Below are positions 49,469-61,310 of a DNA stretch of 64,000 bases, one piece after another. The notes under the pieces are model-generated. The model worked only from the letters and a program-made list of their open reading frames with translations. It ran no database searches and was not told the DNA's origin. The stretch is from positions 27,590,001 through 27,654,000 of the forward strand of contig OY740795.1 of the NCBI GenBank assembly GCA_963514005.1, read 5' to 3'. Every line of letters begins with the position of its first letter. The first letter of the stretch is position 1. Source of the DNA: Raja brachyura (Eukaryota). A program made the translations under genes and the position numbers.

Positions 49469-49800
49469 GTAGTTTAGTTTAACGATACAGCACTGAAACA
49501 GGCCCTTCGGCCCCCCGGGTCCGTGCCGACCAGCGATCCCCGCACATTAACACTATCCTACACCCACTAGGGACAATTTTTTAATATACCAAGCCGATTA
49601 ACCTACAAACCTGTACATCTTTGGAATGTGGGAGGAAACCAAAGTTCTCGGAGAAAATCCACGCAGGTCACGGGGAGAACGTACAAATTCCGTACAGACA
49701 GCACCCGTAATCGGGATCGAACCCGGGTCTCCAATGCTGCATTCGCTGTAAGCAACTCTACAATAAAGGATACTTTGACTTTGATACTGCTGCGCCACTG
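49469..49800 (-). mobile_element. tRNA-derived SINE
   Basis: Minus head CAGTGGCGCAGCAGTA (with short insertion), B-box GGTTCGATCCC, conserved core, (CTAAA)n tail. Confidence 0.9.
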
Positions 49801-50556
49801 TTTCATTTCAGCAATTAAACGGAAATGTCACCACACTCGTATTAAACATTTGCTGTACTGGGTGCGTTCTAGGGCAGCCTGAAATGTCACATATAGTAAT
49901 TATAAAAGTTGATCGTTACTCTATATTCTGAGAAAAAGGTGATTGCAACAAAATGGAGAATTGGTTAATCGATATACAGGGACATTTTGTGCACAATCGG
50001 GCATCAATGTATTATCTTGCAATAAATGATGTACCCTTTATCCTTTATCTGAGCTCTGCGGATGGGTTTGTTTATATTCATGTATGGTCTTTTCTTTGAC
50101 TGGATAGCCAGCAAACAAAAGCTTTTCACTCTACCTTGGTGCATGTAATGATAGTAAACTAAACTAGACTGATTTTTGAAAGATTCTTGATTAGTACGGG
50201 TGTCAGGGGCTATGTGGAGAAGGCGGGAGAATGGGGTTGAGAGGGAAAGATAGATCAGCCATGATTGAATGGTGGAGTAGACTTGATGGGCCAAATGGCC
50301 TAATTCTGTTCCTAGAACATATGAACTAAACTTGTGCTACTTTTTGCAGCTCCGTGTGACTATTTGACTTGCTGTCACCATTGTTTACTGATGGAACAAA
50401 CAGCAGTGGACATTGGGTGACAGATGCTAAGGTCCCTCTACTGAACACCCTCATAGCCTTTTAGACAATAGACAATAGGTGCAGGAGAAGGCCATTCAGC
50501 CCTTCGGCCCAGCAACACCATTCACTTTGATCATGGCTGATCATCCACAATCAGTA

Positions 50557-50712
50557 TCAAAGAAGGAACTGCAGATGCTGGAGAATCGAGGGTTACACAA
50601 AAAGCTGGAGAAGATGTCTGAAGAAGGGTCTCGACCCGAAACGTCGCCTATCTCCTTCGCTCCTTAGATGCTGCTGCACCCGCTGAGTTTCTCCAGCTTT
50701 TTGTGTAACCCC
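50557..50712. mobile_element. Young fold-back Penelope-like insert with intact hammerhead core
   Basis: Perfect 15-bp TSD CATCCACAATCAGTA (50542-50556, 50713-50727) in the CR1 3' UTR; core at 50618-50645. Confidence 0.9.
50618..50645 (+). ncRNA. Minimal type I hammerhead ribozyme core
   Basis: CUGAAGA-A-GGGU(CUCG)ACCC-GAAA-CG-UC; palindromic ACGU in place of helix III; helix I weak. Confidence 0.65.
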
Positions 50713-53700
50713 CATCCACAATCAGTACCCTGTTCCTGCCTTCTACCCATATCCCTTGACTTTGCTATCTTTAAGAGCTCTGTCTAACTCTCCCTTGAAA
50801 GCATCCAGAGAATTGGCCTCCAATGCCTTCTGATGCAGAGAATTCCACAGATTCACAACTCTCTGGGTGAAAAAGTTTTTCCTCATCTCCGTTCTAAATG
50901 ACCCCTTATTCTTAAACTGGGTCCTGGTTTTGGACTCCCCCATCAGTGGAAACATGTTTCCTGCCTCTAGCAATTCCTTAATAATCTTACATGTTTCAAT
51001 AAGATCTCCTCTCATCCTTCTAAATTCCAGTCGCTCCATTCGTTCAACATATGACAGTCCCGCCATCCCAGGAATTAACCTCGTGAACCTACGCTGCACT
51101 CCCTCAATGGCAAGAATGTCCTTCCACAAATTTGGAGACCAAAACTGCACACAATACTCCAGGTGTAGTCTCCCTAGGGCCATGTACAACTGTAGAAGGA
51201 CGTCTTTGCTCCACAACGCAACTCTTCTTGTGATGAAGGCCAACATGCCATTAGCTTTCTTCACTGCCTGCTGTACCTGCATGCTTACTTTCAGTGACTG
51301 AAGAACAAGGACACCCATATCACGTTGTACTTCCCTTTTTTTAACATGACACCATTCGGATAAAAATCTGCCTTCCTGTTCTTGTCACCCTGCATCCTCA
51401 CAGTTCACACTGCCACCCAGCTTTGTCTCATCTGCAAATTTGCTAACGTTACTCTTAATCCCTTCATCTAAATCATTAATGTATGTTGCAAATAGCTGCG
51501 GTCCCAGATCCGAGCCTTGCAGTACCCTACTAGTCACTGCCTGCCATTCTGAAAGGGACCCGTTGATCCCTACTCTTTGTTTCCTGTCTGCCAACCAACT
51601 TTCTATCCATGTCAGGACCTTATCCCCAATACCATGTGCTCTAATTTTTCGCACTAATCTCCTATGTGGGACCTTATCAACGGCTTTCTGAAAGTCAAGG
51701 TACACTACATCCGCTGGTTCTCCCTTGTCCATTTTCCTAGGTACATCCTCAAAAAATTCCAGAAGATTAGTCAAGCATGCTTTCCCCTTCGTAAATCCAT
51801 GCTGACTTGGACCGATCCTGTTACTGCTATCCAAATGTGCCACTATTCCATCTTTTATAATTGGCTCTGACATCTTCCCCACCACTGATGTCAGGCTAAC
51901 TGGTCTATAAGTCCCTGTTTTCTCTCTCCCTCCTTTCTTAAAAAGTGAGATAACATTATTTACCCTTCAATGCATAGGAACTGATCCTGAATCTATAGAA
52001 CATTGGGAAATGATCACTAATGCGTCCACAATTTCTAGAGCCACTTCCTTAAGTACCCTGTGATGCAGACCATCAGGCCCTGGGGAATTATCAGTCTTCA
52101 GTCCCATCAGTCTATCCAACACCATTTCCTGCCTAATGTGAATTTCCTTCAGTTCCTCCATCACCCGAGGTCCTCTGGCCACTAGTACATCAGGAAGATT
52201 GTTTGTGTCCTCCTTAGTGAGGACAGATCCAAAGTACCTGTTCAACACGTCTGCCATTTCCTTGTTCCCCATACTAAATTCACCTGTTTCTGTCTTCAAG
52301 GGACCCACATTTGTCTTAAATATTGTTTTCTCCTTCACATACCTAAAAAAGCTTTTACTATCCTCCTTTATATTCTTGGCTAGCTTACCTTCGTACCTCA
52401 TCTTTTCTCCCCGTATTGCCTTTTCAGTTATCTTCTGTTGTTCTTTAAATGTTTCCCAATCCTCTGGCTTCCCGTTCATCTTTGCTATGTTAACCTTCTC
52501 TTTTATTTTTATACTGTCCTTGTCTTCCCTTGTCAACCACGGTCACCTCTTACCCCTCTTAGAATCTTTCTTCCTCTTTGGAATGAACTGATCTTGCACC
52601 TTCTTCTGTATTATTCCCAGAAATACCCTCCATTATTGTTCCACTGTCATCCCTGCTGGGGTATCTTTCCAGTCAACTTTGGCCAGCTCCTCCCTCATGG
52701 CTCCATAGTCCCCTTTGCTCAACTGTAATACTGGCATTTTCGTTTTTCCGTTCACCCTCTCAAATTATAGATTAAAACATCAGATTATGGTCACTACCTC
52801 TTAATGGCTCCTTTATCCTGAGTCCCCTAAATCAAATCCAGTTCATTACACAACACTAAATCCAAAATTGCCTTCTTCCTGGTAAGCTGGAGTGCCTCCC
52901 GCTGCTCTAAGAATCCATCTCGGAGGCACTCCACAAACTCCCTTTCTTGTGGTCCAGTACCAACCTGATTTTCCCAGTCTACCTGCATGTTGAAATCTCC
53001 CATAACCACTGTAGTATTACCTTTGCGACATGCCGATTTTAACTCTTGATTCAACTTGCACCCTGTATCCAGGCTACTGTTTGGGGGCCTGTAGATAACT
53101 CCCATTAGGGTCTTTTTACCCGTACAATTCCCCAGTTCTATCCATACTGACTCCACATCTCCTGATTCTATGTCACCCTTCACAAGGGACTAAATTTCAT
53201 TCCTTACCAACAGAGTTACCCCACCCCCTTTGCCCACCTGTCTTTTCGATAGGAGGTATACCCCTGAATATTCAGTTCCCAGCCCTGGTCCTCTTGCAAC
53301 GATGTCTCTGTAATTCCCACAACATCATACTTGCCAATTTCTAACTGAGCCTAACCTTCTAACTTTGGTATTCACCTCCCCTCTCACACCGGTGACTATT
53401 GGCCCTAACCTTACTCTCTTATCCCCTCTCAAACATTCCTTCCCATTAATTTGGGAGTCTTTTGTAACTTTTCCTGAACTCACTTCCCCTTCATCGCCAT
53501 CTTTCTACTCCCAATTTCTCAACCCCCCCCCCCCCCCCCCCCGTTATTTAGTTTAAACCCACATGTATAGCACTAGCAAACCTGCCTGCCAGAACGTTGG
53601 TCCCCCTCCAGTTAAGGTGTAACCCGTCCCTTTTGTACAGATCACCCCTACCCCATAAGAGATCCCAGTGGTCTATAAATCTAAATCTCTGCTTCCTGCA

Positions 53701-54406
53701 CCAGCCGCCCCAGCCATGCATTCAGATCCACTATCTCTACATTCCTGCCCTCACCAGCAAGAGGTACAGGAAGCAATCCAGAGATAACCACCCTAGAAGT
53801 CCTGCTTTTTAGTCTTCTTCCTAACTCTCTAAACTCACTTTGCAGAACCTCCTTCCTCTTCTTCCAGACGTTGTTCGTGCCCACGTGCACAACTACTTCC
53901 GGCTGTTGACATTTCTAGACGGTTGCCCACCTCTTCGCAGAGTGTAAATTTGCAAAGAGGGTCTGGAGAAGGATGCAAGGGTCCTTGTCACGGTTTATCC
54001 TGAACAGCTCCGTAATAGAGGACTGGTCGCATTCGGAGGTGAACATCAAATGCTGCAGGAAGGTCATCAACTCGATGAAAGACGCTCTTTGGTCTGCCCG
54101 AACCTTGTTGACCTCGCAGCAGAGCGAGATGTCCATCAGGGAATGTTGCTAACTGGCCCGCTCCATACTGCAGGAGTACGTGCTGAGGGACGCACTGATG
54201 CTTGGTGCAGCCAAATCCAAGGCTCCGTGTGGGAGGACCACAGTCTAGGGTCCTTCCATGCTGCACATTGGGGTGAAGGACGTGGTGGAGAAGTCCCTGA
54301 AACACGGGAAGGGATATCACCCCATGATCAGGGGGCTACATGAGTAGTAAGGGTTTTGGGTATAATTCTTCTGTGAACACTGCAAAATATGACTTTAATT
54401 AATGTA

Positions 54407-55920
54407 CAGTCCTCCATAATGTTTGGGAAAGAACCATCATTTATTTATTATTTAGCTTTGAAAAATTGCTTTAGCAGTATGTTAGGGATCATTGTCATGC
54501 TGTAGAATGAACCATCGGCCAATGAGTTTTGAAACATTTATTTGAACGTGAACAAATAGGATGTGTCTATACACTTCAGAATTCATTATGCTACTACCAT
54601 CATAGAAACATAGAACATAGAAAAGAATAGCGTATTGAATAGAATTGCGTACAGTTCTGATCTCCAAATCTGAGGAAGGACATTATTGCCATAGAGGGAG
54701 TGCAGAGGAGGTTCAACAGACTGATTCCTGGGATGTCAGGACTGTCTTATGAACAAAGACTGCATAGACTCGGTTTATACTCTCCGGAATTTAGGAGATT
54801 AAGAGGGGATCTTATAGAAACGTACAAAATTCTTAAGGGGTTGGACAGGCTAGATGCAGGAAGATTGTTCCCGATGTTGGGGAGGTCCAGGACAAGGGGT
54901 CACAGCTTAAGAATAAGGGGGAAATCCTTTAGGACCGAGATGAGAAGGACTTTTTTCACACTGAGAGTGGTGGGTGTCTGGAATTCTCTGCCACAGAGGG
55001 TAGTTGAGGCCAGTTCATTGGTTATATTTAAGAGGGAGTTAGATGTGGCCCTTGTGGCTAAGGGGATCAGAGGGTATGGAGAGAAGGCAGGTACGGGATA
55101 CTGAGTTGGATGATCAGCCATGATCATATTGAATGGTGGTGCAGGCTCGAAGGGCCGAATGGCCTACTCCTGCACCTAATTTCTATGTTTCTATAAGCCA
55201 TCCTATTTTTGCAGCTAACCAGTGGTTTGCATCTTGCAGTGTAGCCTCTGTATTTCTGTTCGTGAAGTCTTCTGTGGACAGTGGTCATTGAAAAATCAAC
55301 ACCTGACTCCTGAAGAGTGTTTCTGATCTGTCGGACAGGTGTGTGGGGATTTTTCTTTATTATAGGGAGAATTTTTCTGTCATCAGCTGTGGAGGTCTTC
55401 CTTGGCCTGCCAGTCCCTTTGCGATTAGTAGGCTCACCAGTGCTCTCTCTCTCTCTCAATGATGTTCCAAACAGTTGATATTGGTAAGCCCAAGGTTTGG
55501 CTAATGTCTCTAAGAGTTTTATTCTTGTTTCTCAGTCTCATAATGGCTTCTTTGACTTTCATTGGCACAACTTTGGTCCTCATGTTGATAAACAGCGATA
55601 AAATGTTTCCAAAGGTGATGGAAAGACTGGAGGAAAGACTAGGTGCTGCGAGCTCTCTTATACCTGCATTAAGGAGGCAATTAACTGCACCTAAGCAATT
55701 ACAAACACCTGTGAAGCCATGTGTCCCAAACATTATGATTCCCTGAAATGGGGGGACTATGTATAAACACAGCTGTAATTTCTACATGGTGAAACCAAAA
55801 TGTATAAAAATGGCTTTTAATCAAATCTGACAATGTGCACTAACCACATCTCAAATTGTGGAGTACAGAGGAAAATAAATAAATGATAGGTCTTTGTCCC
55901 AAATATTATGGAAGGCACTG
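54407..55920 (-). mobile_element. Tc1-family transposon, deleted, with nested CR1
   Basis: TA TSD; TIRs CAGT(G)CCTCCATAATGTTTGGGA / TCCCAAATATTATGGAAGGCACTG; transposase HTH, GRPRKTS, KPLVS and ILQHDNDP motifs. Confidence 0.93.
54601..55195 (+). mobile_element. Young CR1 3' fragment
   Basis: ORF 54700-55104 is a CR1 ORF2 C-terminus; tail TTTCTATGTTTCTATA. Confidence 0.93.
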
Positions 55921-56881
55921 TATGTATGGGCGCTGAGAATGTCAGAGGAGTTTTGCACATTTCTTGTTTTGAATATATTTTAATTCTGAATAAAGTTTAT
56001 TTTGGTTAAATAAAAATAATGTTTAAGAAGTTTGTGATGATTAGAGATATTGAAAGCTAAGTTAAACCAATCTCCACTGCCTACACATGATCCATATTCC
56101 TCGATTCCCTGCATATCCCTATCTAAAAGCCTCTACACCTAACTTGGCATGGTGTTCCAGGTACATACCACTCACTGTGTAGAAAGAAAATTGCTCTGCA
56201 CATGGATAAGACAGGTTTAGAGGGATTTGGGCCAAACACAGGCAAGTGGCACTAGGGTAGATGGGGCAAATTGGTTGACGTTGCAAGTTGGGCCGAAGGG
56301 TCTGTTTCCACGCTGCACGACTCTATGGCATCTCTTTTAAACTTTGTCCCTCTCACCATAAAGCTATGCCCTCGAGACTTTGATATTTCAACCCTGGGAA
56401 AAACTATTCTGAATGTCTACCCAATCCCTTGTAATTTTACAAACTGTACGTCTGTCAAGTTTATATACTGCTATCAGGATTTTCACTAATTTCCACCATT
56501 TATGGTCAGACACTGCACCAAATAGCCACTCCACTGCAATTGATACAAATAGGAAAGGTACGAGGGAAAAATCTGAAAATTGGTATTTGGCGCAACCTGA
56601 TGGGGAGATGTTCCGATCCATCAAGCAGATGCAATATCTTTCCATTGGCAGCCCATATTGGGGATGGAAGGTTACAAGCATAAAACCTGCCACCAGTAGC
56701 AATGGAGAACATAAATACCACAACAGAAAGGATTAGCAGGGTGTGTCCCAGCAACAGAGATCACCGAGATGATGTAACATTAGTGTTAAAGAAGGAACTG
56801 TAGATGCTGGAGAATCGAGGGTTACACAAAAAGCTGGAGAAACTCAGCGGGTGCAGCAGCATCTAAGGAGCGAAGGAGATA

Positions 56882-56949
56882 GGCGACGTTTCGGGTCGAG
56901 ACCCTTCTTCAGACTGGGGCGACGTTTCGGGTCGAGACCCTTCTTCAGA
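56882..56949 (-). ncRNA. Tandem pair of minimal hammerhead ribozyme cores
   Basis: Identical 32-mers GGCGACGTTTCGGGTCGAGACCCTTCTTCAGA at 56882-56913 and 56918-56949. Confidence 0.65.
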
Positions 56950-56954
56950 ACCCT

Positions 56955-56996
56955 AGGGTTAGGGTTAGGGTTAGGGTTAGGGTTAGGGTTAGGGTT
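56955..56996 (+). repeat. Interstitial telomeric repeat (AGGGTT)7
   Basis: Perfect vertebrate TTAGGG array, preceded by an inverted unit AACCCT. Confidence 0.97.
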
Positions 56997-57871
56997 TTTG
57001 ATGTAACATTAGCTTGTGGCAGATTCTTGGGTTTGTTCCTTTCAATCAATTATGCCATTATATGAACTAATTAGAAACAAAACATGCTGATGAAATCTCC
57101 AGAAATTTTGACCCACATTAATATATTATGAAGTACAGCCCAGATAATTGCTTGATGTATTGTTCCTGATAATGTTACAAATGAGAAGGTATAAAGAACC
57201 TTGAGATAGTCAAGGAACATTTAGAGGCTTTAGCGGTTGTAATGGAATCTGTCCTTGGGTTTGTTTAATTTGGGGCAATTCTCCCACCAAATGCCAATTG
57301 CAATGTTTCAATTAACTAACAAAACATTGCCTGTGATTTTTCAAGGATAGCCATCAAGATCAGTGTTTAACCTAAATTAAACAGAACAGTATAGTAGTGG
57401 GAAATGCAACAACCTGGGTTTGATTCTGACATTTGGTGCTGTATACTCTTCCTGGGATCCAGTTTCCTCCCATATTGCACAGATATATCCTACCAGTGTG
57501 TGTAGTTGGTAGGAGAATCAGGCCATTGTCAATGGGCTCGTGAAATAAGTGGGCGAATGAGTTTGATAAGACTGCTTTGTAAGCTAGCTAGACCTGATGG
57601 GCAAAATGGTGAAAAAAGAAGTGTTTTCCATACACCAACTGATGTAAAACTATAGGAATAATATAAAATACTGTATATCTTAATTTATAAAAGTAAAAAA
57701 AAACATTTCATTTATATCACCATTGAAAGAGTTGTTTACACATTCATACTTCTTCTTTGTGCTAGTCACTCGGCATAATAGTATCAGCACCTTCTGAACT
57801 ACCCCAAAAGTCTTTCTCAATTACTTCCATGTAATTTCAGAGGTAGCAGAATACAGTGATGCTACTATTAC

Positions 57872-58100
57872 TTTAGTTTAGTATAGTCTAGTTTAGTTTA
57901 GAGGTACAGTATGGAAACAATCCTTTTGGTCAACTGAGTCCACGATGACCATTAATCACCATTTGCACTAATTCTATGTTATTCTGCTTTCTCGTCCACT
58001 GTAGGCCAATTAACCTATAAACTCGCACATCTTTGGAATGTGGGAGAAAACGGAAGCACCCGGAGGAAACCCACGCAGGCACAGGGAGAACGTGCATAAC
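57872..58100 (-). mobile_element. tRNA-derived SINE, 5' truncated
   Basis: (TTTAG)n tail; core CTTTGGAATGTGGGAGAAAACGGAAGCACCCGG. Confidence 0.8.
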
Positions 58101-58569
58101 GTTTATATTGTTCTGGGTAAGTAAATGAAGCCATATGTGCACCCTCATTCTGTCATGTAGTCCTGGTATCTGATCCTTTGCCAGACAGAATGTGATTGTT
58201 GAACTTGGGGGTTAATCCATCCAATCCATTTAATACATCCTTACAAGAATGCAGGTCTCAGTATGCAGGGTATTACATCAACTTTTGGAAATCACTTTAG
58301 CCATGAACAAAAGGCAGAAATGCTGGCAAGAAGCCCTAACCATAAACCTGGCGTCGTCTCAAAGATCCAGGAAAGAAATAAGCTATCACAGAAATAATAA
58401 GCTATGAGTTGCCATTCATCAACATGCTTTCCACATCAAAAATGAATCTTACATTTGTGAATATCTCTTTATATTTCTTTCTACATTAATTGAGAATAAT
58501 TAGTTCCCAGTTATTGGGTTGAGAATGGATTTGCTTGCGGTGAAAGAGTTCACTCTGCCTTTCACCTCC

Positions 58570-58930
58570 TCTGGGGTACAATGGTGTGACAGCAGTTAGG
58601 TTACCGACAAGTAATCCAGATCCGAGACTAAAATAAAATCATAAACCCAAGTTCAAAAACCACCGTGACAACTACAACGACAGATTTCAATTAATAATCT
58701 GGAATTCAATAAGAAACCACATTCATAATGTTGACCTCAGAACGATGGATTGTCATTAAAATCCATTTGGTTCACTGACCTTCATCAGGAGAGGAAATCT
58801 TCCTTACTTAGTCTGACTCCGGACTAACAATGTTGTTGACTGTGACAAGCTCATTGAAAGCTTGAGTATGACAAGCCACCAGCACAAGGGCAATGAGGAA
58901 TGGCAATAAATGCTGGCTTTTGCCATTGGG
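58570..58930 (+). mobile_element. Older tRNA-headed SINE of a second family
   Basis: AGTAATCCAGA..AGTTCAAAAACCACC head; CCATTTGGTTCACT..GGAAATCT; tail GGGCAATGAGGAATGGCAATAAATGCTGGC. Confidence 0.55.
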
Positions 58931-59367
58931 GTCAGATACTGAAACAGGAATATTAGCGTTGAAAGCAGAAATACAGGATGCATCCGTGGAGAGAGAAACA
59001 AAGTTAATTTTCTGAGTTTCATTGGATAGATGTTCTTGGCCCTGAAACATTAACTCTATATCTTTTTTAAACTGATGCTCCCTTCATTTTTAGTGTTCAT
59101 AGTTCAAGTATTTGCATGCTTTTGGTTTTGACCCCACTGTTATCTGACAACTTGTAACCCAAGTGAAGTTGAAACTATATTTAGAGGAGATTAATCAATT
59201 GCAAGTTTGAGACTGACATATTTCAAGATAGAAGAGTCACATTAACCTCCAACCCAAATGACTACTGCTGACGATGCCATAATGGCTACCATATAATTCT
59301 GATTTTCCTTAAGTTGCCTCCAGTGAAGGGAATGCAGAGTTTGTATTCTAACCAGTTCCTATACAAG

Positions 59368-59665
59368 GGCAGCACAGTGGTGCAGCGGTAGAGTTGCTGC
59401 CTTACAGCGCCAGAGATTCGGGTTCGATCCTGACCACGTATGCTGCCTCTATGAAGTCTGTAAGTTCTCCCTGTGACCGCGTAGGTTTTCTCCGGGTGCT
59501 CTGGTTTCCTCCCACATTCCAAACAGGTACAGGTTTGGAGGTTAGTTGGCTTTGGTAAAATTGTAAATTATCCCTAGTAGGATAGTGCTAGTGTATGAGG
59601 ATCACTGGTCGGTGTGGGTCGAGGGGCCTGCTTCTCTGCTGAATCTCTAATGTCTAAAGTAAAAT
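59368..59665 (+). mobile_element. Full-length tRNA-derived SINE
   Basis: GGGCAGCACAGTGGTGCAGCGGTAGAG (A box), GGTTCGATCC (B box), conserved core and tail. Confidence 0.9.
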
Positions 59666-60779
59666 CTAACATTTTTAAAAACCTGACATTTTGGAATTGG
59701 CAGAATGATATCAAAAGATACCATTTCTTTGATGGAAACTGGCTTTAGGTTCATGGGCACAGATAGGCAAGGAGTAAGTTGTTCTGCTATTTTCTGTGCA
59801 GGCAGCCTTGAAGATCTGCTTTGTGTAAAATTATTGAATTGCCACTGAGGTTCAGGTGCCTCTGAGCCAATACCCATCTTCAGAGAAATGTTTATTGGCA
59901 GAGGGAAGCTATTTGGCCCATTGTAGCTATGCCTGCATTCAATCAGCCACATTCCCCTGCTCTTCTCCCGTAACTCTGCAGATTATTTCTCAGCTAACCC
60001 CCACCCCCCCCATTCCATTTCATCGGCTCAGCTTAATATTTTGATCAGCATTTTATTTACATTCAAGAGTCATAACTCACAGAAACAAGCCATTTGGCCC
60101 AATTCATCCATGCCAATCACGAGGCCGCACCTCAACTGGTCCCGTTTTCCCACATTTGATCCATATCCCTCTAAATCTTTCCCATCCATGTACCTGTTTA
60201 AATGTATTTTCAATTTTCATTTCGTTTCTGTAGCTGCCTCAACTCTTTCACTGGCCGTTCGTTCCGTATACCCACCACCTGCTGTGTGAAAAGGTTGTCC
60301 CTCAAGTTTCTATTAAATCTTTCCCCTCTCACCTTAAGGTAATCTGGATCTTGATTGCACTACCCAGGGTCGCGTAAAAGTGTTTCCTCACATAGTGATT
60401 GACAGTTACTTTGGACCTTTTCAGGGAATGGATGCAGATGGCAACTTCATCTGCTCTTTCATTCAAGTGTGTGTGCGTTGTTGGAGAGCCGGTTAAATGA
60501 CCCTGCAGCGGTTTAAGGAGCAGCACACGGCAGCTGCAGAAGAAGGGTTGCTGCCACACCTCAACTGGCACCGACTGGTAATTTTAAGGAATGGCATAAC
60601 AGTACAGGTTTTACTGAGTGGAGGAGAGGAGAGGAGAGGAATGGTGGAGACGTCCTATGGGTCACAGGAAGGTCGTGTGGCGGTGAGTCACAATCTGCAG
60701 GGAGCTGCAAACAACTTTGGAAGGAATATAAAATAACAAAAGCTCATTGCCACAGTGGCTTTGAATGCAAATGGCAATG

Positions 60780-61310
60780 TCATAAGGTCATAAGTGATAG
60801 GAGCAGAATTAGGCCATTCGGTTCATCAAATCTACTCCGTCATTCGATCATGGCTGATCTATCTCTCCCACCTAACCCCATTCTCCTGCCTTATTTTACC
60901 TCCCCTAAAGCTGCCATTTGTTATTGCGGGAAGTGACACAAATCAAAAAGGGATGTCTTCAGCAAAGAACAGACATCCTGGATAGAATGGATATAGAGAG
61001 GATGTTTCCACCAATGAGCGAGCCTGGGACCAGAGGTCACAGCTTCAGAGTAAAAGGACCTGCTTTTAGAAAGGAAATGAGGAGGAATGTGTTTAGTCAG
61101 AGGGTGGTGCATCTGTCGAATTCATTGCCACAGAAGGCAGTGGAGGCCGTCAGTGGATATTTTTAAGGTGTAGACTGACTGACTCTTGATTAGTATGGGT
61201 GTCGGGGGTTATGGGCAGAAGGCAGGAGAACGGGTTTGAGAGGGAAAGATGATTGAATGGCGGAATAGACTTGATGGGCCGTATGGCCTAATTCTGCTCG
61301 TATAACTTAT
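60780..61310. mobile_element. CR1 3' fragments in opposite orientations
   Basis: ORF 60918-61166 ERMFPPM..TRGHSF..SQRVV; inverted 3' UTR at 60780-60890. Confidence 0.8.

Larger units (their letters stand above)
50462..53906 (-). mobile_element. Long CR1-type LINE (ORF1 SGNH esterase part, APE endonuclease, RT), disrupted
   Basis: HVGTNN..VVISGLLP (ORF1), VMGDFN and LDLVL (APE), SPGPDG, SQHGF, KFADETK; tail (CTATTGT)n. Confidence 0.95.
53915..56015 (+). mobile_element. Tx1/L1-clade LINE 3' end interrupted by Tc1
   Basis: My translation TVAHLFAECKFAKRVWRRMQ..KDALWSART..QEYVLRD..TTV* (ORF2 C-terminus, ends about 54248, one internal stop); 3' UTR resumes after 55922 and ends AATAAAGTTTATTTTGG..AAAA. 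Confidence 0.75.
56784..56998 (-). mobile_element. Young Penelope-like insert: pLTR, tandem hammerhead cores and telomeric repeat
   Basis: 14-bp TSD TGATGTAACATTAG (56770-56783, 56999-57012); nearly identical to the 50557-50712 copy over shared sequence. Confidence 0.9.

Noticed and set aside
53988-54343. GC-rich ORFs on both strands
   Set aside because: Shadow frames of a Tx1/L1 ORF2 C-terminus read in another + frame.
56955-56996. True chromosome end or fusion scar
   Set aside because: Only 42 bp and enclosed by a TSD, with continuous unique sequence on both sides.
59368-59440. tRNA gene suggested by A and B boxes
   Set aside because: It is the head of a multi-copy SINE and continues into the SINE core; no full cloverleaf or terminator.
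60426-60464. Hairpin GAATG..GCAGATG/CATCTGC..CATTC as a pre-miRNA
   Set aside because: Stem too short, and no recognisable mature miRNA.
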